Source: Callorhinchus milii (Eukaryota). Taken from it: a stretch of DNA of 43,746 nucleotides. The first letter of the stretch is position 1; each line of letters opens with the position of its first letter. The notes under the pieces were generated by a model. The model was given only the letters and a program-made list of their open reading frames with translations, did no database searches and was not told the origin of the DNA. The position numbers were made by a program, and so were the translations under genes. The stretch is taken from NCBI RefSeq assembly GCF_018977255.1, contig NW_024705444.1, positions 1-43,746 on the forward strand. Reading direction: 5' to 3'. Below are positions 11,591 to 23,801 of the stretch, piece after piece.

Positions 11591-11815
11591 CGACGGATTC
11601 TACACCGCGGGGTGGGATTTTACTTCGGGGTTGTTTGTTTCTTCCATTGCACTTGTTGCCTTTCTCATGAAATAAACAATGCCTGGGCCGTTCCACCACC
11701 ACCACGACCTCCTCCAGGCTGCAGTAACGCTCGATAACTATGAGAAAGCCACTGGAGCTTGCGCACTTTGAACTCATCTACTTTGAAAACGAATTTCTTT
11801 AAAACTGCGTGTTGT

Positions 11816-12038
11816 ATTTTTCGATTTAAAGCTTTCGTGACTGCAGGGATTCATCTTCTTGGTTCTTTCGGTAAAGTCACGTAGAAGGGAAGTAATAAAA
11901 TAATAAAAATAAAACATAAGAAAATAATAATATAAAATAATAATATAAAATAATACAATAATAAAATAATATATGTTTTATTTTTATTATTTTATTACTT
12001 CCCTTCTACGTGACTTTACCGAAAGAACCAAGAAGATG
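11816..12038 (-). mobile_element. Penelope-like inverted pLTR pair (subfamily b)
   Basis: Palindromic arms with a 12-bp TSD ACTGCGTGTTGT (11804-11815 and 12039-12050), inserted in a LINE2 tail remnant. Confidence 0.8.
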
Positions 12039-12336
12039 ACTGCGTGTTGTCTTTAGTTTGTTGATTAGCACGGTTTGCCTACGTGCCGTGCGAAAGAAGT
12101 TTAGCGTAACATACGCACACACCACAACCCTCGCTCGTGAGCCTCGCGCATGCCGGCGCGTCTGAAGATTCAACGCTCGTAATCGCCATCTCCGCTCTCT
12201 TACGCCACCATCTCTCCAAGACTTCGCGGCTGAGAAATATTATATAGCGCCGACTCGCCGCGTTTCCCCTAAGCGCGCGTCGCTTTTTATTGGGACCATT
12301 GCTCAGGCCAAGCGCAGAGAAATGCCGGGGGTATGG

Positions 12337-12650
12337 GTGCCGCAGTGGCGAGATGTTAATTACCTCGCCTGGTACGCAGGAGGTCCGTGGGTTCGATCCC
12401 AACTCTGGCGATGCCTGTAATATTTTGAGTTTGCGTGTCTCTCTCTCTCTCTCTCTCCGTGGTCGCGTGGATTTGTCTCCGGGTCTCCGGTTTTTCCTCT
12501 CCACAGTTTAGAAACAACATCACGCTTTTAGACTAATTGGCTGCAATGCATTTGCGCGTGACAAAGCCGCTTCGTGGAGCTGTCATCTGTGGCCAGGTCG
12601 CTTCTGAAAAAAAATCGCCATAGCCCGGTGACCCTTACCTGGTAAGACAA
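12337..12650 (+). mobile_element. V-SINE, full length
   Basis: Same head (GTGGCGAGATGTTAATTACCTCGCCTGG...GGGTTCGATCCC), V-domain and CCTTACCTGGTAA tail. Confidence 0.87.
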
Positions 12651-12677
12651 ACAAAAAGTTGTTTTGATCCGCTATCT

Positions 12678-13185
12678 CAGGAGTCAAACACATTCCTGCG
12701 GAGGGAGCTGGTAGGAACGTTGGGTTGCTCGGTCAATGGCCAGGGTCAACGGCGGCGTGGTGTATTCCGCAAATATGCCGACTGTGAGGGCGGGCACAAG
12801 CCGGCGTGAGTAGGTTAAACGTTGAGTTTTATAAGGGCACCACGGGGTGACCAGCCCCTCCCCACCCAACCCCTCCCCACCCCTCCCACTCTCCACCCAG
12901 CCCCACCCCTCCCATTTTTGGATGCACGACGGACGGACGGACACAATAATCCCCTGTGGGCTGGTGTAACCAGGAGGTTCCTACCAGTATAACCTGCAGA
13001 TCTGGAGCCGCATGCGACGGCTCTCTAAGGACCGCGTCGTCTTCGTGGCGTTATTCACTCAGGACCACCACCGTCTCGTATTCACCACGCAGTGCATCGC
13101 GGCTCTTAAAATATTGAGTTTTTTTTTATTGCAAGAAGATACACAAATTGTCTCTTCTTGTAATTTTGTTTTGCCGATCCTCCTC
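12678..13185. mobile_element. Degenerate hAT element of the same family as 23802-24002, interrupted by the HINE at 12687-12990
   Basis: CAGGAGTCA precedes the HINE, and AACCTGCAGATCTGGAGCCGCATGCG...TCTCGTATTCACCACGCAGTGCATCGCGGCTCTT follows it. Confidence 0.6.
12687..12990 (-). mobile_element. HINE/DINE-1-like element, family 2
   Basis: The minus strand has a 5' subTIR CTGGTAGGAAC with an adjacent short inverted repeat, a (GTCC)n microsatellite and a 3' subTIR GTTCCTACCAG. It is near-identical to 20320-20610 and has no TSD. Confidence 0.72.
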
Positions 13186-13329
13186 CTGCTCCTGCTGATG
13201 CTGCTGGACTATTCCGAGCTTGCTTACTTTTTTTATTCACCAGCACGTCGAGTTTGCAGCGCAGTTGCCATGCGCCGTGTGCTGCAATGAAATGAGGGGG
13301 GGGGGGGCTTCCGGTCCAATCGTCCCACC

Positions 13330-13741
13330 CAGTGCCGGATCATCCGAGCAGCAAAAGTAGCTGCATATGTGTAGCTACACATATGAGTAGTAGCTACACA
13401 TATGTAGTAGTAGCTACATATGTAGTAGCTATACATATGTCGTAGCTACGGGCCCACACTTTCAAGGGCCCCGCACTAAATGCTTTCAAAACTATCAATT
13501 CCGGTTCGGTGATTCTGCACTTGCTCTATTACTATAGTACTACACCGCCTTCAACTTTTATGAATGACTGGGTGTTTAAGGTTTAGCGATTTGTCGTATT
13601 ATCTGGCTGTATAGCAAATGAAAAATTACACAATTGCTTTACTATGCAAGTAAAACATTGTGTTTAATATGTGTGTTTTATTTATTTAGGGCCCCTTTAT
13701 AAGATATGCTACAGGACCCACACTAGCTTCATGCGCCACTG
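13330..13741. mobile_element. Probable hAT (Tip100-like) non-autonomous element containing a GTAGCTACA(CA)TAT minisatellite
   Basis: Termini CAGTGCC...GCCACTG, subterminal GGGCCC motifs at both ends, and similar CCACC flanks. Confidence 0.45.
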
Positions 13742-13872
13742 CTCCACCCTAGCCCCCCCCTCCCCCTCATGTTCATAGGCTGACTCCTGGGCTCAGGGGT
13801 TCCCACCGTTAGACCAAAACGCGGACACATTTCTCTCAGTGGGGCTCTCGCGAGCCAGAAATCGCATCATCA

Positions 13873-15126
13873 GTGTGAGTCTATGGGTCTCTGTGTGAGT
13901 CTATGGGTCTCTGTGTGAGTCTGTGGGTCTCTGTGTGAGTCTACGGGTCTCTGTGCAAGTCTATGGGTCTCTGTGTGAGTCTATGGGTCTCTGTGTGAGT
14001 CTATGGGTCTCTGTGTGAGTCTATGGGTCTCTGTGTGAGTCTATGGGTCTCTGTGTGAGTCTATGGGTCTCTGTGTGAGTCTATGGGTCTCTGTGTGAGT
14101 GTATGGGTCTCTGTGCAGTCTATGGGTCTCTGTGTAAGTCTATGGGTCTCTGTGTGAGTCTATGGGTCTCTGTGTGAGTCTATGGGTCTCTGTGTGAGTC
14201 TACGGGTCTCTGTGTGAGTCTATGGGTCTCTGTGTGAGTCTATGGGTCTCTGTGTGAGTCTATGGGTCTCTGTGCAGTCTATGGGTCTCTGTGTGAGTCT
14301 ATGGTTCTCTGTGTGAGTCTATGGGTCTCTGTGCAGTCTATGGGTCTCTGTGTGAGTCTATGGGTCTCTGTGTGAGTCTATGGGTCTCTGTGTGAGTCTA
14401 TGGGTCTCTGTGTGAGTCTATGGGTCTCTGTGCAGTCTATGGGTCTCTGTGTGAGTCTATGGGTCTCTGTGTGAGTCTATGGGTCTCTGTGTGAGTCTAT
14501 GGGTCTCTGTGAGTCTATGGGTCTCTGTGTGAGTCTATGGGTCTCTGTGTGAGTCTATGGGTCTCTGTGTGAGTCTATGGGTCTCTATGTCACTCTATGG
14601 GTCTCTGTGTGAGTCTATGGGTCTCTGTGTGAGTCTATGAGTCTCTGTGAGTCTATGGGTCTCTGTATGAGTCTATGGGTCTCTGTGTGAGTCTATGGGT
14701 CTCTGTGTGAGTCTATGGGTCTCTGTGTGAGTCTATGGGTCTCTGTACACTCTATTGGTCTCTGTGTGAGTCTATGGGTCTCTGTGTAATATATGGGTCT
14801 CTGTGTGAGTCTATGGGTCTCTGTGTGAGTGTATGGGTCTCTGTGCGAGTCTATGTTTCTCTGTGTGAGTCTATGGGTTTCTGTGTAAGTCTATGGGTCT
14901 CTGTGTGAGTCGATGGGTCTCTGTACACTTCTATGGGTCTCTGTGTGACTCTATGGGTCTCTGTGTAAGTATATGGGTCTCTGTGTGAGTCGATGGGTCT
15001 CTCTGTGAGTGTATGGGTCTCTGTGTGAGTCGATGGGTCTCTGTGTGAGTGTATGGGTCTCTGTGTGAGTCTATGGGTCTCTGTGTGAGTGTATGGGTCT
15101 CTGTGTGAGTCTATGGGTCTCTGTGC
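13873..15126. repeat. 20-bp minisatellite (GTGTGAGTCTATGGGTCTCT)n, about 60 copies
   Basis: Directly visible; homogeneous on the left and more degenerate on the right. Confidence 0.98.
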
Positions 15127-17874
15127 AGGTGGTCCAGCATCGCGTGGGTGTTATGGGACCTGGAGATTAAATAAATGTGACCCCCCCCCCCTCTTTGTGG
15201 TACTCCCCCCCCCCCTCCCAGAGCAGTTGCACCGCCTTCACACTCGAGAGCTACGCCACTGTCGGAGGAGGACGTAAACGCATAACTCGGGCGCAGTTGC
15301 CGCGTTTCGTCAAACAAATGCCCTTTGTTTTCTCTCCCTCCGGATGAGGTGTTAAGTCCATCGCGCGCGTGTGAATAATTCATCGGGGAATTCTCCACAG
15401 CCAACGAATGAAAACAAAATCGGAATGTGCCCACGGCGCGTTCTGAATGTGCGAGGAATTGGCAAGGGAGTTTCTTCCTCTCTCTCTCCTCTCTCCCTTC
15501 TCTCTGACTCACCTTGCTCAGGGTTTGTCATTTGTGACGAGGCATGTGGACATTTCACGACGCCGGCTGTCTGGCCCGATCAGGCTTGGTTGTTGTCATC
15601 ACCGGCGAAACGTCGCGCTGTGCTCGAAATGTCGTGGGTTTACTCTCCAACACACCGAGGTGCTGAACCAGCAAATTGGCGTGTTTTGTTCACGTGACAA
15701 ACCTCACTGATTGGCCGTGTCGGGTGGCGGCGGGTTTAACGACACATTAAAAAAAAAACTCTTTGGGATTTCACAACTGCTTCGGAGCTGATCATTGGAA
15801 CGAGCGCAGTTGAGTATCGATACACTGACCTTGTTGACCTGCCCGAAGGGCAATGTCGTCTCGTCTGATATCCAGAGGGATGAAGGGCATCACATTTCCC
15901 ACCCGCCCTGCCACGGTAGAGTGACGGTCATCGCACCACGGTCAGACCGATGTGCTACTTTTTGGATGTCATCTTTCGACAAGTGCAGAGACAATTTGAA
16001 TGTGGCGGACGTGTCTTTTTGTGGGGAGTTTTTTTTTCTCTCTCCCTCCCGAGCAGTCGTCGTTGTAAGAGGCGGGACGAGACCATCAACTTGAGAACGC
16101 CGGTTCATCGCGTATTTTAACACTGGGTTTCTCGCCGCTGTCAAGCTCGACACTCTGACCTCCGAACCACGTGGCCACCTGGTGTGAATGTCACGGTGTC
16201 ATGGGCACAGCTGTTGTGCTGTACAAAAAAAACCTCTCCCGTTTCCTTCCATCGCTTCCTTCCCCTAAAGTCGTTCCTGTCCTGTAATGGCATCTGAGGT
16301 CCGCGGTGCCGTCTCTCGCCGCCATCTCTCCATTCTTCCTCCGTCTCCCTCGGCTTCCCTGCCCTTCTCTCGTTAGTTAGTGTCGTCTCTCGCCTCTCGT
16401 CTCGCTCGTCTCACGATGCCTGCTATCCGCTCCCAACTCGAATTTTACAAGTCGCTTTAACTGCCGCATCATCGGCGTGGCCCCAATTCCTCTTCGTTGT
16501 TTATTCCCTCCTTAACCCGTCTCTTTGACTCGCCATCCACAGCTAGGTCCCCACATTTATGGAACTCAAAGCAACCTAAAAAGATGTTGAGAGGTGGCTG
16601 ATCGGCTCAGAGGTCGGAGCACTGAGCTAAGAAATTTGAGTCCAGGCATCCGGCAGTAATTTTAATCAGATTCTCAAAGTGTCGTGGGTTTTTGGTGTCA
16701 GACCTGCCACCAATGAGAGCACAAAACAACACAAACAAACAAAAAACCCATCGCATTGCGCTTGATTCTGCACTTAATTTGGATAAATTCTATCTCTGAG
16801 AATTAAATATTGGTTTGACTCGCATGTGATGAACACAGTGGTGGATCCAGGGGTGGGGAGGAGGGGGATGTGAGGGGTGGGGGGAGGGGGGTGCATAGGG
16901 TTGAGGGGGTGAGAGGGGGCAATGACGGCAACCGCACCCTTGAGACCTCGAAGATTGGTATTTTATTGATATTTACCAGAGAAAATAAATTGAATGTTTA
17001 TTTTTATTGTGTAGGGCCCTATTTAAAAAGCTTGAAATATGTAGTGCCCCCCACCCCCCTTGGGAAGTAGAATCGCCTCCGTGTGGCCATCACTGTCTAC
17101 CGTGCGGATTAGAAGGTCGCCGGCATGCTGCCAGAGGTCATTTGAAGGCGTCTCGGAGGCAGCTCTGTGACATTCACTTCCACGGGCCGCTGTCGAGTTC
17201 GAATGTTTGCTCTGCCGCGCGGGAGAGATCCGGACGGATTACACTCTGTCTCGCAGCGCGATGCCGATGGCACGGATCGGGGATGAAGCATTGATGGAGG
17301 AGGGGTGGAGTGGCGTGGGGTTGGAGAAAGAGACATTGCATTGAGTGTGCAAAATGTGAAATGTGCTCCACAGGGGCGCGGGATATGAGAACGCTGTCAA
17401 TCACGACGGCGTTTGCTGAAGACCACCGAGCGGTGCCTTGCCAATTAGACGATGCATGGTGCACTCAGCGAAATTGTAAAGTGATCCCTCCGTAACCATT
17501 TCGCGTGGCTCAGCGTATGAAAGAGTTGGCGCCTAACGGGATCTGACGCCTGCCACTTTACATTTCCGAGACTATTGCGCCGTGTGTGTGTGTTGGGGAG
17601 GGATAGAAATGTGACTTTTTGCTACGTTTGCTTTGGCGGAAGGTGTGCCCGCTCCTCCCCCCCATTTAGGTGAAAAATGCACCCGTGACATCTTTTTGCT
17701 GTTGTTTCCTTTTACGGCCCGCGGTGCTACGGTTCTGTCTGTGTCATCGTCGGTGGTGCCGGTGGGACTAACACGTTTGCTGGCTGCTGAGAAGCGGTTG
17801 CCGTGAAACGCCAATGAGAAAACCCAGACTCTGAGTGGTGCCTGGTCAGCGCCCCTGATCTCCCAGCCACCTCC

Positions 17875-18170
17875 ATCCTCATCACCCATCACCATAACCC
17901 ACCAACCATGACCATAATCCACCAGCCATCACCTATTGTTCATCACCCATCGTTCATCACCATCACCATAACCCACCAAACATCACTCAACACCCATCAC
18001 CCACCAGCCATCACACATGACTCATCACCCATCGTTCATCACCATCACCATAATCCACCAACTATCACCATAACGCACCAACCATCACTCATCACTTATC
18101 ACACAAGACTCATTAACCATCGTTCATCACCATCACCATAACCCACCAAACATCACCCATCACCTATCAT
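17875..18170. repeat. CATCAC/CCA low-complexity array
   Basis: Directly visible. Confidence 0.9.
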
Positions 18171-19177
18171 TCTTTTTACGTCAAAAAGTGAGGGCTCTTC
18201 ACACAGTTGCACAATGTCTAGCGGCCACAAATGTTAAAACGTAAGCAGACAAAATTAACGAGCAGTATATTAAATAGGTAATTAAAAATATAACATTTAT
18301 TTCAAGGTAATTGCGTGCCTTATTTATATGAACAAAATGGGAATTTCTTTCCTTTTTTTTTATTCCAGGCTGAATGTTTTTTTGTAAACAATACCGTGCC
18401 TCTTGGTGACAGAGCCTAAATATCTTTCTTTGAAGAGTAATTAGTTTGTTTTTTGAATCCCATAGAGAATAGATGTTTTTATTATTATTATGATTATGAA
18501 ATGTTCATTCGAACATATAACACAGGATCCTAAATAAAAAAAACTCTGACGTGTGCTTTTAATTTGCGGCATGCCTTTTAATGGCTATCAATTTGCTTTC
18601 AAAATATAATCCCACTGGGATTTGGAGCGTTATTGAAATGCGGCTGCAGTATTTCAATAACACCCCCCCCCCCACACACACACACTCATTCAGGGCAGGG
18701 CCGTTTGGTGCCGACATTAATTTCCATGGCGATTTGAGAAATGTCCATTTGTTGTGCTTCTCGATGGTGGGTGAGGGGGAGGGGAGAATGTTGCAAAATG
18801 TTATATTGCTGCCTGGCAATTAAAATTCAGCGAAGGATAAAATATGCTTTGATTTGAATAAATAAATAAAGCGAAACGAATGCTAAACAAACGAAAATGT
18901 TCACAAGTTGAACACGGTTCATACTGAACGTGCATTTTTTTCTCCTTATTGGGTTATTGCCAGTGCGTGGCCACGGCTCGGGTTGCTGTGGCCCTGGCTG
19001 GGCAGTCACGTGGGAGGCGCGTCTCTGGGTCGGAATTAGAGGGGGCAGAGGGAGTTGGGGGGTGTTAGGCAAATGAGAAATGCATGCGGGACCCAACACT
19101 ACATAGCTGCCCACGAAGACGGTACGTAACTTGGCGGTGCTTTTATCGCGTAATTTCCATTGTTAAATATGTAGATT

Positions 19178-19560
19178 GGGGCCGTCCATAAATGACGTCA
19201 TGCACCTAGGGGGGGGGGGGTCAGACATTTGTGACGATGTGTGACGAGGGGGGGGGGTGAGAAACGTGACGTCACATCAAAATGCGCAAGAATTGTTATA
19301 ACAACACTAATTGTTATAACAACACTCCTACAACATCAGAGTGCAGCGCCACATTAAATACGCACTACAATGACAATAGTTTAAAGCGATTTGAAGCATG
19401 TTTATTTTCAAAATGTAAATATGGTTTTGGGGGGGGGGGGCAGAGCTTTGTGACGTCATATTTGAGGGAGGGGGGGTCTGACTTTTGTGACGCCGTGTGA
19501 CGAGGGGGGGGGAGGTCAAAAATCGTCCAAAATCGCGTGACGTCATTTATGGACGGCCCC
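19178..19560. mobile_element. MITE of PIF/Harbinger (or ISL2EU) type
   Basis: Perfect 23-bp TIR GGGGCCGTCCATAAATGACGTCA with a 3-bp flanking repeat ATT/ATT and internal subterminal inverted blocks. Confidence 0.85.
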
Positions 19561-19694
19561 ATTGATGAATTAACGTATCGGGGTTTTCGCAGTCAATATT
19601 TGAGATTCGTAATACAATGTCTGGTCGAGTCACGTGTCACGTGACCAACCGTCCACCACCCGGCGACACGAATCAACTTCAACTAAACACTTTT

Positions 19695-19943
19695 CACGCT
19701 CAACCAAGTGCCTTGTCGCGTGGAAATGTTTAGCAAACAAATACTCTAATAAACGCGTGATGTGCATGTTCTAAATGTGTAGGGAAAAATCGGGGGACCC
19801 GGGGGGGGGGGGGAATCCGCGCGAGAACGGGGAGACAGACACACCGCAGACTCAACATTTACAGGCGTTGTCAGGGCCGGCATCGAACCCACGACCTCCT
19901 GTATACCAGGCGAGGTAGTTAACATCTCGCCACTGCGGCAGCC
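19695..19943 (-). mobile_element. V-SINE, 3'-truncated
   Basis: Head and body match the family; the tail is absent. Confidence 0.8.
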
Positions 19944-20154
19944 ACAGTTTTTCATATTCGTTTACAATTACAGAACTTGTGTTCCTACGTAAATGTTCTT
20001 ATGAGTGATAGAATAAGCTAGTTATTTTCCGTGCAACTTATGTACGTAATGCGATGTTAACGTATAGGTGTTTTTGTTTAAGATAAAAGTATTGCATTGA
20101 GTGTTTCCTACTCTGCTCGGGATGAAATTACGACTCGGAAAACAATCCGCTCAT

Positions 20155-20248
20155 ATTCATATTAATTAAAAATGTTTACCTACGTGACTTTACCGAAAAA
20201 ACCTAAGAATATGAATCCTTGCAGCCACGAAAGCTTCAAATCTAGAAT
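20155..20248 (+). mobile_element. Penelope-like pLTR 3' fragment
   Basis: 12-bp TSD CAATCCGCTCAT (20143-20154 and 20249-20260). Confidence 0.78.
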
Positions 20249-20319
20249 CAATCCGCTCATGTTGCCAGAAGGTAACATGTTTGGGTCTCGAATTAACGTT
20301 TTTTTATTACACGATTTCT

Positions 20320-20610
20320 AACACATTCCTGCGGAGGGAGCTGGTAGGAACGTTGGGTTGCTCGGTCAATGGCCAGGGTCAACGGCGGCGTGGTGTATTC
20401 CGCAAATATGCCCGACTGTGAGGGCGGGCACAAGCCGGCGTGAGTCGGTTAAACGTTGAGTTTTATAAGGGCACCACGGGGTGACCAGCCCCTCCCCACC
20501 CAGCCCCTCCCCACCCAGCCCCCCCCCCACTCCCATTTTTGGATGCACAACGGACGGACGGACACAATAATCCCCTGTGGGCTGGTGGAACCAGGTGGTT
20601 CCTACCAGTA
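20320..20610 (-). mobile_element. HINE/DINE-1-like element, family 2, second copy
   Basis: Near-identical to 12687-12990. Confidence 0.72.
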
Positions 20611-21843
20611 TTAACTCACTCTGTCTGTTGTTGTTGTCGTTGTTGTTGCATCCTCAAATCTTGTAACTCAATTTTAACCCACTTCCCAATGTGGTATCGA
20701 CTGCAAACTTGCTATACTTATGTCATACTGATGACAATACTATATTATATCATAAAACAATTTTAACAATCTTTTTTACATGTTATGTTTCGGCTTGGCT
20801 CTAATTGTCCACGCTCAACTCACGTTGGCTGTAATTGACTAGGGTCTCTTACAGTACGTTATGGCAAGCTTAGGGCCACTTCATGGAGTCGTGGACTTCT
20901 TCCATTACTAGTACATTTCATAAAAGCGTGTTTAAAAAAAAGTGTTTTATGTTACTTATTTTATTTCATCGGCTTCTGGCAGAGCATGACCGTAGAGCGG
21001 ATGTAAAGCGGCTCTCTAATGACATAATCGTCGGTGACTTCTTCTTGCGTATGGGTTCACAGCAGCGGATTAATGATGTAATTTTAGATGTTGTTATTCG
21101 CTCAATCGTCTGTTCGGACGCAGAGTGGAACCTCGTCCGTTCCTCCGTTAAATGAATCCGTCACGTGAACTAGGAACACGCACGCGCACGTTGTGACCAC
21201 ATTACCCACCTCGCCCGTACACCCCAAGGCTGCTCGCGCACCCGGCGAGTGTCGAGAAACGCAATTCCTAAAAGCAGCCACCACGTGGCAGTCGTTGACA
21301 AGGTTTTTGTCAACAAAAAAAATCTTATATTCTCATTTTTTCTGGCCCAACGAACGGCATTGAATCGGGAGGTCGTTCCTTGAGTCGCCTCCGCGTTTTT
21401 GAAAAGCGCGCAAGCCACGTGCGTGATATCGAATGTTGAAAGAGTTGTGCTAAGAAGCACGGCGGAGAGACGCACGCTCGGAACTCCGTTGAGTAGACGC
21501 GCGGATTGGAGAAGACGCGCAAGGCTATTGACATGCTCCGTTCTGAAAGCTGCTGGGAAAATATAGTAGTAGGTGTTTACCCTTTAAACTGGTACAAAAA
21601 CTGACACCTTTATACAAGGCATCGTGTTTGCAATAACCACAACACAAGCAGTCCAAATGCAAACAAAAAGAAACAACTCTGATGATGATAATGATATGCA
21701 CTGTCCTTGAAGTTGATTGGTCCACACCCGAGACAGCTTTTCTTAGAGCCTAGTCTCCATTGGTGTTGGACCAGATGACGCCAAAAGGCGTACTACTCAA
21801 AACAGCGCACTATCAGAGTATTGAGAGCTCGGGTAAGCATTTA

Positions 21844-21991
21844 CACTATGAGACCTCCTTTACCAGTGGCAAAATAGAGTAGTAGGTTTTTACCCTTTAA
21901 ACTGGTACACAAACTGACACCTTTGTACCAGTTTAAAGGGTAAAAATCTACTACTATATTTTGCCACTGGTAAAGAAGATGTCTCATAGTG
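21844..21991. mobile_element. Fold-back MITE with CACTA...TAGTG termini (EnSpm/CACTA-like)
   Basis: Near-perfect 148-bp palindrome with a 14-nt loop. A partial arm copy lies at 21562-21618. Confidence 0.6.
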
Positions 21992-22639
21992 CTGCTGGGA
22001 AAAGTTGAGTGGCGTCCGTGGGCGCGACGCGTCGCTGCGAGGATGACGGACGATGGTCAAGGCTAATAACGGAATGGCAGCCCAGGAACGGCGATGGGGA
22101 GTCAACAGGACGCGGGCCATGGAGATGGAGCGGTTAAAGCGGGCTCGTTGCTGTTGTTGTAGGAGCGAATTGGTTCGTTGAACTACAGGACCGCGATAGA
22201 ATGTCGACAGTTTGGGAGCACCTTAATCCAGCAGTGGATATATCGTGGTAGCCGCTGATGGTGCTGATGGCGAAGGTGATGTTACGTGTTATTTGTTAAC
22301 GTGAGAGCCACAGCCATTGCATGCGTAGTCTACACACGGGACGAAGGCGACAATAACACATTGAGATGATTTAATCTAAACGCAACCCTGAATCACGACA
22401 GGTCATTGACTCTTGATGGGTGGTTGTTGTTGGTGGTGTTGGTGGTGGTAAGAGGCATTCCATACAGTCCGTAACAACAACAACAGGGTTTGAGCTAAAT
22501 ATCCCGATATGCCGGCCGCTGATGGCTACGCACGTGGCCTGTAAGCCAGCACTGGAGAAGCAGCGAGAGTTGGTGGGTCACCGCACGAATGTTGCGTGGG
22601 ATTCACCTTTTCCGTCTGCACGGGATCGAGTGTTGCGCC

Positions 22640-22720
22640 CTCGCACGCGTGGTTTTTTTTTCTCCGGGCGCTCCGGTTTCCTCTCACATGAATAAACACT
22701 CGAGAATTGGCCGATAAACA
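22640..22720 (+). mobile_element. V-SINE core fragment
   Basis: CGCGTGGTTTTTTTTCTCCGGGCGCTCCGGTTTCCTCTCACA matches the V-domain of the other copies. Confidence 0.6.
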
Positions 22721-22850
22721 TCTTCGATATATAGAGGACCGCAGAGCTTGGCCAATTGTTGTTGGCGCTGGTTCACCACGTGGCTTGCTGTCTTCCTGCT
22801 CGTCTGTGGTTACTCCTCGCGTCTCTGAGTCGTTTAAGCGCCCTGTATAT

Positions 22851-23135
22851 CTTCTTGGTTCTTTCGGTAAATTCACGTAGAAGGGAAATAATAAAATAAT
22901 AAAACATAATAAAATAAATACGCTGCCAAGCTGAGCAGTGTTCATTGGAGCGCTGTCTTTCCGACAGCTCTGTTTCTTCACCTGAGGACGGCTGCTTGTG
23001 TTGTGGCCGAAACGTCGTGAGAATTTAATTTTATTGTTTTATTTTTATTATTTTATTATTACTTCCCTTCTACGTGCCTTTACCGAAAGAACCAAGAAGA
23101 TGAATCCCTGCAGTCACGAAAGCTTTATATCGAAA
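22851..23135 (+). mobile_element. Penelope-like pLTR (subfamily b) with a 5' inverted piece and a hammerhead
   Basis: Flanking repeat TTTAAGCGC(A)CCTGTATAT (22833-22850 and 23136-23154). Inverted arm at 22851-22920. Confidence 0.8.
22978..23020 (+). ncRNA. Minimal type I hammerhead ribozyme variant (best-formed copy)
   Basis: UCAC-CUGAGGA-C-GGCUGC-uuguguu-GUGGCC-GAAA-CG-UC-GUGA. Stem I is 4 bp, stem II is 6 bp and stem III is palindromic; predicted cleavage is after C23016. Confidence 0.72.
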
Positions 23136-23801
23136 TTTAAGCGCACCTGTATATATGAATGAGACTTCAGGATCCGCTCGTCTGCTGTTTTTTTAGCATG
23201 TGCTGCGAGAGACGCGTTGGGTTATTGGACCACATTTCCAGCAGATGTCACTCTCGCTGCGTGTGAGCAAAATAAAAAGAACCAGGAGGCATCGCCAGCG
23301 GATTGTATCGGCATCCTGGGCAGGAAGGAGCGTCGCTCGCTACGGGAGGCAAATTCCTCGGTCCACCACTTGCTGATGACGAGGATCTCGTGAGAGTGTT
23401 TCGAAACTCGAGGCCGAGCCTGCCCCGTGAGTGGAACCAAATCGGCAACCTCCGTGCCATATTAATGATGGCTGGCACATGCTAGGGGTTAGGATTGTTC
23501 TTGGCTGACTGTACTCGTGCCAAAGTTCGCCTCTGCTGATCCCCCATATAGAACGTCGTCATGTTTGACGTCAATCGCGATTACACGTTTCGTGTTAGTG
23601 TCCGATTCACTTTCAGGAATTCGCTCATCGGGGAGTCGGTCGCCTCCTGTGAATCGTTAATCGCTACAGTTCCCCGTGAACGTCGCTCCGTGATTTCTCC
23701 ACCTCATGTTTGAGTGGAGGAATCACCACCACCACCCACCTAACACTGCAGGTCACAACAACATTCAACCACTCACTCACCCGTTGACTCACTCGCTAAA
23801 C

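Noticed and set aside
13873..15126. Possible CRISPR-like array
   Set aside because: The units are contiguous with no unique spacers and there are no cas genes; this is an ordinary minisatellite.
21170..21475. Possible reverse-transcriptase remnant (AVLLSTTLSTFDI resembling VLLDLSAAFD)
   Set aside because: The similarity is too weak to support without a profile search.
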